NCBI GenBank assembly: GCA_048128005.1
Contig: JBEUKZ010000127.1
Location: forward strand, 1 to 64,000
Reading direction: 5' to 3'
Length of the DNA: 64,000 nt
From: Veleropilina oligotropha
Lineage: Eukaryota
The translations under genes were made by a program, and so were the position numbers. The notes under the pieces were generated by a model. The model was given only the letters and a program-made list of their open reading frames with translations. It did not search any database and was not told the DNA's origin. Below are positions 40,470-54,117 of this stretch, in pieces; within the stretch, counting starts at the first letter, position 1; the number at the start of each line of letters is the position of its first letter.

Positions 40470-40719
40470 AACTTAATGTCCTGTATATTTACAACATCGA
40501 GGTTCAAGGCAGGATATGTCCGTGTTCTCGCGGAGGAAACCTCGGTCGCCCGGGTAAACCCGCCCTCTTCGGCCAGTCGCGGACAACCACATGTGATTCA
40601 TAACTTGAACAAATTTCAATTCCTGAGCCAGGTATTGAACCCACTACTGTTCGCATTAGCGGAATCAAGCCAGTGAATTTAAAGTGGATACTCTTACCCA
40701 CTGCGCTGCCGAAGCGGCG
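40470..40719 (-). mobile_element. SINE family A copy inserted in LINE RT
   Basis: Homologous to 774-1021; splits the codons WFN|YLSDR. Confidence 0.88.
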
Positions 40720-41935
40720 CTATTTAAGTGACCGAGTGCAATGTGTTAAAACAAGCGATAACAATAATAGAAAAACAATATCTTATTATAAAGAGGTCAA
40801 TTGTGGAGTGCCACAAGGGTCTGAGCTTGGTCCACTTTTGTTTTTAATCTATATTAATGATCTAAGTAAATGTTTAAAATACTTTAAAATAATCAACTTT
40901 GCAGACGATATTACAGCTTACGTAAGTTGTAAAGCAATAAATAACCTACATGAGTGCACAATACATGATTTAAAACTTATAAATGAATTGTTTAAATCCA
41001 ATAAATTATCCTTAAATATAAACAAAACCAATTACATAATCTTTAAAAACAATAATGACAATAGAAATATCAATGATTTTGAGGTCAAAATAGATAACGC
41101 GAAAATAAATAGAGTTCAATCAACAAAGTTTCTTGGCATAATAATCGATAAAAGCCTTAATTGGATAGATCATACCAAATGTGTATATAATAAAATATTA
41201 CGAAGTCTATACAGCTTCCGTTGCTGTAAAAAGTTACTGCCCTACTGGATTAAAAGAACTATCTATTTCAGTATGGTGCACTGCCATCTATCATATGGAT
41301 TATCCGTATGGAGTCCTATGATAAATAAAGGGCAACATAGAAAATTATTTTTACTGCAAAAAAAATGTGTCCGACTTATTTTAAATGAAACTTATAATGC
41401 ACATACTGATCCATTATTCAGAAAGTTAAACATCTTTATACTGGAAGATATGATTTTGATTTAGAAATGACCAAGGTAGGATTCAAATATTATAACAATA
41501 TTTTACGATAACAAATACGTGCATTATTCATAAACAATGCACAATATCATAGCTATAATACCAGAAATAGGCACGATCCCACCATCCAGCGTCATAATAA
41601 ATCGATTTATGATCGTAGCATTCTATGCAAAATGCCATTTTCGTGGGGTACACTTTCACAAAATTTGAAACATCGAAATCATATAAAATCATTTACAACA
41701 GAATTTGTCAAACTTAAAACAACCAGTTATTAAAACAGTACAACAACTCAACCAACTACATATACATGCGCTTGGTCTAACTCCAAATTCATCACTCGTA
41801 ACAAAACACCCTAAACCACATATAATACAATTAATAAAGAAATTCTATCTTTTAGTAGTGCTCTTTTTATGTCATGACCTTTTTGTAAAAAAGGACAAGC
41901 CATTATCAAATGGTCCGTGTGTATATACTTATATA

Positions 41936-41989
<54 letters not shown>

Positions 41990-41990
<1 letters not shown>

Positions 41991-42345
41991 ATCGATTTAT
42001 TTGAAAACTACCCGCTCAATTTTCACCAAAATTGGTACACACATTCCCAAGAGTATTTGTAGGTCGTGTATATAACTTTCGCGACACAATTTTGCAAAAA
42101 TATGCATTTATTGAGCACTTTTATCCATATTTGTATATAACGGATGTCTAATATTGCAAGCAAATGGCAATGACGTCATTACGACGTCGCCTTAGATTAA
42201 TCGTCATTTGGTGGCGTCACAATCGACTGGGTAGTAAATTAAGCCATGAAGTACTTGCACTTAGCCATTGTATTAACTGTTATGAAAATTTGAGGGAAAT
42301 AAAGAAAGGTCAAGACATATTTCGAACGCATCGTTCTTGTTTATA
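41990..42345 (+). mobile_element. Interspersed repeat (HINE-like) following (TA)n
   Basis: Reverse complement of 27879-28195, plus an extra internal segment. Confidence 0.75.
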
Positions 42346-42495
42346 TAATGTAGATATAAGTGTGAGAGTACATACACAGGAACAGCCAGTATTTGGCTCA
42401 ATTGTAATCCTTCCTTTGACTCTATGTGTTGTGATGATTATTGTATAACGGAAGGAAAATAAAATCAATATATCTATCTATTGTAGGTTTATAAG

Positions 42496-42642
42496 GCTCG
42501 GGGTGAACCAACTAAAGCTCGGGGTGAACCAAATAAAGCTCGGGGTGAACCAACTAAAGCTCGGGGTGAACCAACTAAAGCTCGGGGTGAACCAACTAAA
42601 CCTCGGGGTGAACCAACTAAAGCTCGGGGTGAACCAACTAAA
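42496..42642. repeat. 21-bp tandem repeat x7
   Basis: GCTCGGGGTGAACCAACTAAA repeated. Confidence 0.95.
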
Positions 42643-42792
42643 AAAGTAGAGCTCTTATATTGAGTAATGCCCCCCGGACAAACATTGATGGCTAGAGAAT
42701 CCAGTGGAAAAAGAAACTACGACCGTGTCATTCGTAAAAAAGACGGTGCTTTTGGTGCAACCGATGATGGAACCACAGATAAACCTATGGAT

Positions 42793-42853
42793 GCGCACTC
42801 ACGCACGCACGCACGCACACGCACACGCGCACACACGCACATGCACATGCGCG

Positions 42854-42890
<37 letters not shown>

Positions 42891-42939
42891 ACACACACAC
42901 ACACACATACACACACACATACATACATACATACATACA
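42793..42939. repeat. Compound (CG/CA)n-(TACA)n microsatellite
   Basis: Direct reading; its TACA end abuts the PLE RT fragment. Confidence 0.95.
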
Positions 42940-43500
42940 AACGTTATCTTGACGATATATTCATAATATGGGAACACACAGCGGATGACTTTTGGTTTTT
43001 TTCGACGTGTTAAACAACCATGACCCTAACATTAAACTTAAAGCAGAAATTAGTCAAGAATCAGTTAACTTTCTAGATGTGACCATTTATAAAGGTAAAC
43101 GATTTGCAGACTCCAATTCTCTTGACTACAAAGTTTACTTTAAACCAACAGATACCCATGCGTTGTTACATGCCAAGTCGTTTCACCCGCCGCATACTTT
43201 TGACGGTGTGGTTAAATCTAAAATCATTCCTTCCATCGTAACTCTAGTGACATGAGTAACTTCAACGACGCCTGTCGCACATGATTTGAAGCACTAAAAC
43301 CGCGAGGCTATTCGGCCCGCAAACTACGTGAAATCAAATCTAAAACTTTGCGATATATCACATCAAATGCTAAAGAAAAACTCTTGAACTTCCAACCTGC
43401 TAACATTGAACACGATAAAGAGATTGTTGGCAACGGAAGCATTAACAAATGTGGTAAATCTCGTTGTAAAATAGACAAGTTCATTAACAATCGCTTGGAA
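42940..43500 (+). pseudogene. Penelope-like retroelement RT fragment (copy 1): YLDD, thumb and Cys linker
   Basis: RYLDDIFIIW (YLDD at 42945-42956), LNNHDPNIKL, VNFLDVTI, YFKPTDTH, SFHPPH, RGY and KCGKSRC. Contains frameshifts and a stop. Confidence 0.9.
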
Positions 43501-44653
43501 ATCACTTGTATCAGTTTCAATGCCATGTTTCTCGTCGGTTCCCATAGCTTAGTCGGTAGAGTGCCTGGACGGAATTCAGGAGATCGCGGGTTCGAGTCCC
43601 GTCGGGATATATGACATTTTAACTGATACACAAATTTCATGTTCTTAATATGATATGGAGAATGGCCGTAAACATCGATGCCAGTGCGTTAATATATGTT
43701 GGTTAAAACAAAACCATGTTATGCCTCTCATATAATTGTCTAATAAATACATACAAGCCAGAGCCGACCGTAACTGGACATCACTTGTATCAGTTTCAAT
43801 GCCATGTTTCTCGTCGGTTCCCGTAGCTTAGTCGGTAGAGCGCCTGGACGGAATTCAGGAGATCACGGGTTCGAGTCCCATCGGGATATATGACATTTTA
43901 ACTGATACACAAATTTCATGTTCTTAATATGATATGGAGAATGGCCGTAAACATCGATGCCAGTGCGTTAATATATGTTGGTTAAACAAAACCATGTTAT
44001 GCCTCTCATATAATTGTCTAATAAATACATACAAGCCAGAGCCGACCGTTACTGGACATCACTTGTATCAGTTTCAATGCCATGTTTCTCATCGGTTCCC
44101 GTAGCTTAGTCGGTAGAGCGCCTGGATGGAATTCAGGAGATCGCGGGTTCGAGTCCCGTCGGGATATATGACATTTTAACTGATACACACATTTCATGTT
44201 CTTAATATGATATGGAGAATGGCCGTAAACATCGATGCCAGTGCGTTAATATATATTGGTTAAAACAAAACCATGTTATGCCTCTCATATAATTGTCTAA
44301 TAAATACAAACAAGCCAGAGCCGACCGTTACTGGACATCACTTGTATCAGTTTCAATGCCATGTTTCTCGTCGGTTCCCGTAGCTTAGTCGGTAGAGCAC
44401 CTGGACGGAATTCAGGAGATCGCGGGTTCGAGTCCCGCCGGGATATATGACATTTTAACTGATACACAAATTTCATGTTCTTAATATGATATGTAGAATG
44501 GCCGTAAACATCGATGCCAGTGCGTTAATATAAGTTGGTTAAAACAAAACCATGTTAGGCCTCTCATATAATTGTCTAATAAATACATACAAGCCAGAGC
44601 CGACCGTTACTGGACATCACTTGTATCAGTTTCAATGCCATGTTTCTCGTCGG

Positions 44654-44726
44654 TTCCCGTAGCTTAGTCGGTAGAGCGCCTGGACGGAATTCAGGAGATC
44701 GCGGGTTCGAGTCCCGTCGGGATATA
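44654..44726 (+). ncRNA. Representative tRNA-like element (one of 38); non-canonical, probably not a translational tRNA
   Basis: D stem GCTT/GAGC, anticodon stem CCTGG/TCAGG, T stem GCGGG/CCCGT with TTCGAGT loop. The acceptor stem has only 5 bp and the anticodon loop ACGGAAT lacks U33. TTTT follows ~7 nt downstream. Confidence 0.6.
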
Positions 44727-47700
44727 TGACATTTTAACTGATACACAAATTTCATGTTCTTAATATATGATATGGAGAATGGCCGTAAACATCGATGCCA
44801 GTGCGTTAATATATGTTGGTTAAAACAAAACCATGTTATGCCTCTCATATAATTGTCTAATAAATACATACAAGCCAGAGCCGACCGTTACTGGCCATCA
44901 CTTGTATCAGTTTCAATGCCATGTTTCTCGTCGGTTCCTGTAGCTTAGTCGGTAGAGCGCCTGGACGGAATTCAGGAGATCGCGGGTTCGAGTCCCGTCG
45001 GGATATATGACATTTTAACTGATACACAAATTTCATGTTCTTAATATATGATATGGCGAATGGCCATAAACATCGATGCCAGTGTGTTAATATATGTTGG
45101 TTAAAACAAAACCATGTTATGCCTCTCATATAATTGTCTAATAAATACATACAAGCCAGAGCCGACCGTTACTGGTCATCACTTGTATCAGTTTCAATGC
45201 CATGTTTCTCGTCGGTTCCCGTAGCTTAGTCGGTAGAGCGCCTGGACGGAATTCAGGAGATCGCGGGTTCGAGTCCCGTCGGGATATATGACATTTTAAC
45301 TGATACACAAATTTCATGTTCTTAATATATGATATGGAGAATGGCCGTAAACATCGATGCCAGTGCGTTAATATATGTTGGTTAAAACAAAACCATGTTA
45401 TGCCTCTCATATAATTGTCTAATAAATACATACAAGCCAGAGCCGACCGTAACTGGTCATCACTTGTATAAGTTTCAAAGCCATGTTTCTCGTCGGTTCC
45501 CGTAGCTTAGTCGGTAGCGCGCCTGGACGGAATTCAGGAGATCACGGGTTCGAGTCCCGTCGGGATATATGACATTTTAACTGATACACAAATTTCATAT
45601 GTTATTAATAATATTATGATATGGAGAATGACTGTATACATCGATGCCAGTGCGTTAATATATGTTGGTTAAAACAAAAACCATGTTATGCCTCTCATAT
45701 AATTGTCTAATAAATACATACAAGCCAGAGCCGACCGTAACTGGTCATCACTTGTATCAGTTTCAATGCCATGTTTCTCGTCGGTTCCCGTAGCTTAGTC
45801 GGTAGAGCGCCTGGATGGAATTCAGGAGATCGCGGGTTCGAGTCCCGTCGGGTAATATGACATTTTAACTGATATACAAATTTCATGTTCTTAATATATG
45901 ATATGGAGAATGGCCGTAAACATCGATGCCAGTGCGTTAATATATGTTGGTTAAAACAAAACCATGTTATGCCTCTCATATAATTGTCTAATAAATACAT
46001 ACAAGCCAGAGCCGACCGTAACTGGTCATCACTTGTATCAGTTTCAAAGCCATGTTTCTCGTCGGTTCCCGTAGCTTAGTCGGTAGCGCGCCTGGACGGA
46101 ATTCAGGAGATCGCGGGTTCGAGTCCCGTCGGGATATATGACATTTTAACTGATACACAAATTTCATATGTTATTAATAATATTATGATATGGAGAATGA
46201 CTGTATACATCGATGTCAGTGCGTTAATATATGTTGGTTAAAACAAAAACCATGTTATGCCTCTCATATAATTGTCTAATAAATACATACAAGCCAGAGC
46301 CGACCTTAACTGGTCATCACTTGTATCAGTTTCAATGCCATGTTTCTCGTCGGTTCCCGTAGCTTAGTCGGTAGAGTGCCTGGATGGAATTCAGGAGATC
46401 GCGGGTTCGAGTCCCATCCAGATATATGACATTTTAACTGATACACAAATTTCATATGTTATTAATAATATTATGATATGGAGAATGACCATATACATCG
46501 ATGCCAGTGTGTTAATATATGTTGGTTAAAACAAAAACCATGTTATGCCTCTCATATAATTGTCTAATAAATACATACAAGCCAGAGCCGACCGTAACTG
46601 GTCATCACTTGTATCAGTTTCAATGCCATGTTTCTCGTCGGTTCCCGTAGCTTAGTCGGTAGAGCGCCTGGACGGAATTCAGGAGATCGTGGGTTCGAGT
46701 CCCATCGGGATATATGACATTTTAACTGACACACAAATTTCATATGTTATTAATAATATTATGATATGGAGAATGACCGTATACATCGATGCCAGTGCGT
46801 TAATATATGTTGGTTAAAACAAAAACCATGTTATGCCTCTCATATAATTGTCTAATAAATACATACAAGCCAGAGCCGACCGTAACTGGTCATCACTTGT
46901 ATCATTTTCAATGCCATGTTTCTCGTCGGTTCCCGTAGCTTAGTCGGTAGAGCGCCTGGACGGAATTCAGGAGATCGCGGGTTCGAGTCCCATCGGGATA
47001 TATGACATTTTAACTGATACACAAATTTCATATGTTATTAATAATATTATGATATGGAGAATGACCGTATACATCGATGCCAGTGCGTTAATATATGTTG
47101 GTTAAAACAAAAACCATGTTATGCCTCTCATATAATTGTCTAATAAATACATACAAGCCAGAGCCGACCGTAACTGGTCATCACTTGTATCAGTTTCAAT
47201 GCCATGTTTCTCGTCGGTTCCCGTAGCTTAGTCGGTAGAGCGCCTGGATGGAATTCAGGAGATCGCGGGTTCGAGTCCCGTCGGGATATATGACATTTTA
47301 ACTGATACACAAATTTCATATGTTATTAATAATATTATGATATGGAGAATGACCGTATACATTGATGCCAGTGCGTTAATATATGTTGGTTAAAACAAAA
47401 ACCATGTTATGCCTCTCATATAATTGTCTAATAAATACATACAAGCCAGAGCTGACCGTAACTGGTCATCACTTGTATCAGTTTCAATGCCATGTTTCTC
47501 GTCGGTTCCCGTGGCTTAGTCGGTAGAGCGCCTGGACGGAATTCAGGAGATCGCGGGTTCGAGTCCCGTCGGGATATATGACATTTTAACTGATACACAA
47601 ATTTCATATGTTATTAATAATATTATGATATGGATAATGACCGTATACATCGATGCCAGTGCGTTAATATATGTTGATTAAAACAAAAACCATGTTATGC

Positions 47701-48435
47701 CTCTCATATAATTGTCTAATAAATACATACAAGCCAGAGCCGACCGTAACTGGTCATCACTTGTATCAGTTTCAATGCCATGTTTCTCGTCGGTTCCCGT
47801 AGCTTAGTCGGTAGAGCGCCTGGACGGAATTCAGGAGATCGCGGGTTCGAGTCCCGTCGGGATATATGACATTTTAACTGATACACAAATTTCATATGTT
47901 ATTAATAATATTATGATATGGAGAATGACCGTATACATCGATGCCAGTGCGTTAATATATGTTGGTTAAAACAAAAACTGTGTTATGCCTCTCATATAAT
48001 TGTCTAATAAATACATACAAGCCAGAGCCGACCGTAACTGGTCATCACTTGTATCAGTTTCAATGCCATGTTTCTCGTCGGTTCCCGTAGCTTAGTCGGT
48101 AGAGCGCCTGGACGGAATTCAGGAGATCGCGGGTTCGAGTCCCATCGGGATATATGACATTTTAACTGATACACAAATTTCATATGTTATTAATAATATT
48201 ATGATATGGAGAATGACCGTATACATCGATGCCAGTGCATTAATATATGTTGGTTAAAACAAAAACCATGTTATGCCTCTCATATAATTGTCTAATAAAT
48301 ACATACAAGCCAGAGCCGACCGTAACTGGTCATCACTTGTATCAGTTTCAATGCCATGTTTCTCGTCGGTTCCCGTAGCTTAGTCGGTAGAGCGCCTGGA
48401 CGGAATTCAGGAGATCGCGGGTTCGAGTCCCGTCG

Positions 48436-48740
48436 TGGCTCAGTGGGTTGTTCACAGGACTCTGGTCACAGAGTCTCGAGTTCGCCCCCAAAGCTCGGCG
48501 ATTTCACTTGGGCAAGGAAATAAGCATATATTTGCCTCGGTCCACCCAGCCGATCTGAATGGGTACCTGGTTGGCAGTTATGTAAGTCATGGCGCTACCC
48601 ACGTGTAAATGACTGTAATGCTCCCAGAGGGAGTTGAGATGGTACATCGAGTGGTACAGGCCCATAACCAGGGGTAATAATGTTCAGCGCATTGAGACAC
48701 TAGTGTAATAATGCGCTATATAAGACCGGAGTATTATTAT
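48436..48740 (+). mobile_element. SINE family B inserted in array unit 18
   Basis: tRNA-like head TGGCTCAGTGG..GAGTTCG, CORE-like centre CTTGGGCAAG..AATGGGTACC, and L2-like tail GCGCTATATAAG..(TAT)n. Confidence 0.88.
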
Positions 48741-51700
48741 TTAACTGATACACAAATTTCATATGTTATTAATAATATTATGATATGGAGAATGACCATA
48801 TACATCGATGCCAGTGCGTTAATATATGTTGGTTAAAACAAAAACCCTGTTATGCCTCTCATATAATTGTCCAATAAATACATACAAGCCAGAGCCGACC
48901 GTAACTGGTCATCACTTGTATCAGTTTCAATGCCATGTTTCTCGTCGGTTCCCGTAGCTTAGTCGGTAGAGCGCCTGGATGGAATTCAGGAGATCGCGGG
49001 TTCGAGTCCCATCGGGATATATGACATTTTAACTGATACACAAATTTCATATGTTATTAATAATATTATGATATGGAGAATGACCGTATACATCGATGCC
49101 AGTGCGTTAATATATGTTGGTTAAAACAAAAACCATGTTATGCCTCTCATATAATTGTCTAATAAATACATACAAGCCAGAGCCGACCGTAACTGGTCAT
49201 CACTTGTATCAGTTTCAATGCCATGTTTCTCGTCGGTTCCCGTAGCTTAGTCGGTAGAGCGCCTGGACGGAATTCAGGAGATCGCGGGTTTGAGTCCCGT
49301 CGGGATATATGACATTTTAACTGATACACAAATTTCATATGTTATTAATAATATTATGATATGGAGAATGACCATATACATCGATGCCAGTGCGTTAATA
49401 TATGTTGGTTAAAACAAAAACCATGTTATGCCTCTCATAAAATTGTCTAATAAATACATACAAGCCAGAGCCGACCGTAACTGGTCATCACTTGTATCAG
49501 TTTCAATGCCATGTTTCTCGTCGGTTCCCGTAGCTTAGTCGGTAGAGCGCCTGGATGGAATTCAGGAGATCGCGGGTTCGAGTCCCGTCGGGATATATGA
49601 CATTTTAACTGATACACAAATTTCATATGTTATTAATAATATTATGATATGGAGAATGACCGAATACATCGATGCCAGTGCGTTAATATATGTTGGTTAA
49701 AACAAAAACTATGTTATGCCTCTCATATAATTGTCTAATAAATACATACAAGCCAGAGCCGACAGTAACTGGTCATCACTTGTATCAGCTTCAATGCCAT
49801 GTTTCTCGTCGGTTCCCGTAGCTTAGTCGGTAGAGCGCCTGGACGGAATTCAGGAGATCGCGGGTTCGAGTTCCGTCGGGATATATGACATTTTAACTGA
49901 TACACAAATTTCATGTTATTAATAATATTATGATATGGAGAATGACCGCATACATCGATGCCAGTGCGTTAATATATGTTTGTTAAAACAAAAACCATGT
50001 TATGCCTCTCATATAATTGTCTAATAAATACATATATACAAGCCAGAGCCGACCGTAACTGGTCATCACTTGTATCAGTTTCAATGCCATGTTTCTCGTC
50101 GGTTCCCGTAGCTTAGTCGGTAGAGCGCCTGGACGGAATTCAGGAGATCGCGGGTTCAAGTCCCGTCGGTATATATGACATTTTAACTGATACACAAATT
50201 TCATATGTTATTAATAATATTATGATATGGAGAATGACCGTATACATCGATGCCAGTGCGTTAATATATGTTTGTTAAAACAAAAACCATGTTATGCCTC
50301 TCATATAATTGTCTAATAAATACATACAAGCCACAGCCGACTGTAACTGGTCATCACTTGTATCAGTTTCAATGCCATGTTTCTCGTCGGTTCCCGTAGC
50401 TTAGTCGGTAGAGCGCCTGGACGGAATTCAGGAGATCGCGGGTTCGAGTCCCATCGGGATATATGACATTTTAACTGATACACAAATTTCATATGTTATT
50501 AATAATATTATGATAGGAGAATGACCGTATACATCGATGCCAGTGTGTTAATATATGTTGGTTAAAACAAAAACCATGTTATGCCTCTCATATAATTGTC
50601 TAATAAATATATACAAGCCAGAGCCGACCGTAACTGGTCATCACTTGTATCAGTTTCAATGCCATGTTTCTCGTCGGTTCCCGTAGCTTAGTCGGTAGAG
50701 CGCCTGGACGGAATTCAGGAGATCGCGGGTTCGAGTCCCGTCGGGATATATGACATTTTAACTGATACACAAATTTCATATGTTATTAATAATATTATGA
50801 TATGGAGAATGACCGTATACATCGATGCCAGTGCGTTAATATATGTTGGTTAAAACAAAACCATGTTATGCCTCTCATATAATTGTCTAATAAATACATA
50901 CAAGCCAGAGCCGACTGTAACTGGTCATCACTTGTATCAGTTTCAATGCCATGTTTCTCGTCGGTTCCCGTAGCTTAGTCGGTAGAGCGCCTGGACGGAA
51001 TTCAGGAGATCGCGGGTTCGAGTCCCATCGGGATATATGAGATTTTAACTGATACACAAATTTCATATGTTATTAATAATATTATGATATGGAGAATGAC
51101 CGTATACATCGATGCCAGTGCGTTAATATATGTTGGTTAAAACAAAAACCATGTTATGCCTCTCATATAATTGTCTAATAAATACATACAAGCCAGAGCC
51201 GACCGTAACTGATCATCACTTGTATCAGTTTCAATGCCATGTTTCTCGTCGGTTCCCGTAGCTTAGTCGGTAGAGCGCCTGGACGGAATTCAGGAGATCG
51301 CGGGTTCGAGTCCCGTCGGGATATATGACATTTTAACTGATACACAAATTTCATATGTTATTAATAATATTATGATATGGAGAATGACCGTATGCATCGA
51401 TGCCAGTGCGTTAATATATGTTGGTTAAAACAAAAACCATGTTATGCCTCTCATATAATTGTCTAATAAATACATACAAGCCAGAGCCGACCGTAACTGG
51501 TCATCACTTGTATCAGTTTCAATGCCATGTTTCTCGTCGGTTCCCGTAGCTTAGTCGGTAGAGCGCCTGGACGGAATTCAGGAGATTGCGGGTTCGAGTC
51601 CCGCCGGGATATATGACATTTTAACTGATACACAAATTTCATATGTTATTAATAATATTATGATATGGAGATTGACTGTATACATCGATGCCAGTGCATT

Positions 51701-52182
51701 AATATATGTTGGTTAAAACAAAAACTGTGTTATGCCTCTCATATAATTGTCTAATAAATACATACAAGCCAGAGCCGACCGTAACTGGTCATCACTTGTA
51801 TCAGTTTCAATGCCATGTTTCTCGTCGGTTCCCGTAGCTTAGTTGGTAGAGCGCCTGGACGGAATTCAGGAGATCGCGGGTTCGAGTCCCATCGGGATAT
51901 ATGACATTTTAACTGATACACAAATTTCATATGTTATTAATAATATTATGATATGGAGAATGACCGTATACATCGATGCCAGTGCATTAATATATGTTGG
52001 TTAAAACAAAAACCATGTTATGCCTCTCATATAATTGTCTAATAAATACATACAAGCCAGAGCCGACCGTAACTGGTCATCACTTGTATCAGTTTCAATG
52101 CCATGTTTCTCGTCGGTTCCCGTAGCTTAGTCGGTAGAGCGCCTGGACGGAATTCATGAGATCGCGGGTTCGAGTCCCGTCG

Positions 52183-52487
52183 TGGCTCAGTGGGTTGTTC
52201 ACAGGACTCTGGTCACAGAGTCTCGAGTTCGCCCCCAAAGCTCGGCGATTTCACTTGGGCAAGGAAATAATCATATATTTGCCTCGGTCCACCCAGCCGA
52301 TCTGAATGGGTACCTGGTTGGCAGTTATGTAAGTCACGGCGCTACCCGCGTGTAAATGACTGTAATGCTCCCAGAGGGAGTTGAGATGGTACATCGAGTG
52401 GTACAGGCCCATAACCAGGGGTAATAATGTTCAGCGCATTGAGACACTAGTGTAATAATGCGCTATATAAGACCGGAGTATTATTAT
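52183..52487 (+). mobile_element. SINE family B in array unit 30 (same junctions as 48436)
   Basis: Near-identical copy 3747 bp downstream, at the same unit position. Confidence 0.88.
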
Positions 52488-54067
52488 TTAACTGATACAC
52501 AAATTTCATATGTTATTAATAATATTATGATATGGAGAATGACCATATACATCGATGCCAGTGCGTTAATATATGTTGGTTAAAACAAAAACCATGTTAT
52601 GCCTCTCATATAATTGTCTAATAAATACATACAAGCCAGAGCCGACCGTAACTGGTCATCACTTGTATCAGTTTCAATGCCATGTTTCTCGTCGGTTCCC
52701 ATAGCTTAGTCGGTAGAGCGGCTGGACGGAATTCAGGAGATCGCGGGTTCGGGTCCCGTCGGGATATATGACATTTTAACTGATACACAAATTTCATATG
52801 TTATTAATAATATTATGATATGGAGAATGACTATATACATCAATGCCAGTGCGTTAATATATGTTGGTTAAAACAAAAACCATGTTATGCCTCTCATATA
52901 ATTGTCTAATAAATACATACAAGCCAGAGCCGACCGTAACTGGTCATCACTTGTATCAGTTTCAATGCCATGTTTCTTGTCGGTTCCCGTAGCTTAGTCG
53001 GTAGAGCGCCTGGATGGAATTCAGGAGATCGCGGGTTCGAGTCCCATCGGGATATATGACATTTTAACTGATACACAAATTTCATATGTTATTAATAATA
53101 TTATGATATGGAGAATGACCGTATACATCGATGCCAGTGTGTTAATATATGTTGGTTAAAACAAAAACCCTGTTATGCCTCTCATATAATTGTCTAATAA
53201 ATACATACAAGCCAGAGCCGACCGTAACTGGTCATCACTTGTATCAGTTTCAATGCCATGTTTCTCGTCGGTTCCCGTAGCTTAGTCGGTAGAGCGCCTG
53301 GACGGAATTCAGGAGATCGCGGGTTCAGGTCCCGTCGGGATATATGACATTTTATCTGATACACAAATTTCATATGTTATTAATAATATTATGATATGGA
53401 GAATGACCGTATACATCGATGCCAGTGTGTTAATATATGTTGGTTAAAACAAAAACCCTGTTATGCCTCTCATATAATTGTCTAATAAATACATACAAGC
53501 CAGAGCCGACCGTAACTGGTCATCACTTGTATCGGTTTCAATGCCATGTTTCTCGTCGGTTCCTGTAGCTTAGTCGGTAGAGCGCCTGGACGGAATTAAG
53601 GAGATCGCGGGTTCGAGTCCCGTCGGGATATATGACATTTTAACTGATACACAAATTTCATATGTTATTAATAATATTATGATATGGAGAATGACCGTAT
53701 ACATCGATGCCAGTGGGTTAATATATGTTGGTGAAAACAAAAACCATGTTATGCCTCTCATATAATTGTCTAATAAATACATACAAGCCAGAGCCGACCG
53801 TAACTGGTCATCACTTGTATCAGTTTCAATGCCATGTTTCTCGTCGGTTCCCGTAGCTTAGTCGGTAGAGCGCCTGGACGGAATTCAGGAGATCGCGGGT
53901 TCGAGTCCCGTCGGGATATATGACATTTTATCTGATACACAAATTTCATATGTTATTAATAATATTATGATATGGAGAATGACCGTATACATCGATGCCA
54001 GTGCGTTAATATATGTTGGTTAAAACAAAAACCATGTTATGCCTCTCATATAATTGTCTAATAAATA

Positions 54068-54117
54068 CATACATACATACATACATACATACATACATAC
54101 ATACATACATACATACA
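54068..54117. repeat. (TACA)n tract joining the two RT-array modules
   Basis: AATAAA followed by ~13 TACA units. Confidence 0.95.

Larger units (their letters stand above)
39950..42482 (+). mobile_element. Decayed Crack/Daphne-like LINE interrupted by a SINE and a HINE-like repeat
   Basis: RT motifs KAFDTIDH, GVPQGSELGP and FADD, with stops. The 3' end AATAAAATCAATATATCTATCTA is at ~42460. Related to 34828-36505. Confidence 0.8.
43501..54067 (+). repeat. Tandem array of 35 units (279-288 bp), each with a tRNA-like cloverleaf
   Basis: Units begin ATCACTTGTATCAG at 43501, 43780, 44058 ... 53810. Each contains TCCCGTAGCTTAGTCGGTAGAGCGCCTGGACGGAATTCAGGAGATCGCGGGTTCGAGTCCCGTCGGGA. Confidence 0.97.

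Noticed and set aside
43525..43545. Hammerhead core in the array unit (minus-strand CCGACGA-GAAAC; CTGATAC on both strands)
   Set aside because: No CUGANGA match and no helix II between the core strands.
44576..46000. Repeated 97-aa minus-strand ORFs (MYLLDNYM..)
   Set aside because: Antisense reading of the repeat unit, broken in most units.
43501..54067. CRISPR-like array
   Set aside because: Units are near-identical end to end, with no unique spacers and no cas genes, in a eukaryotic context.
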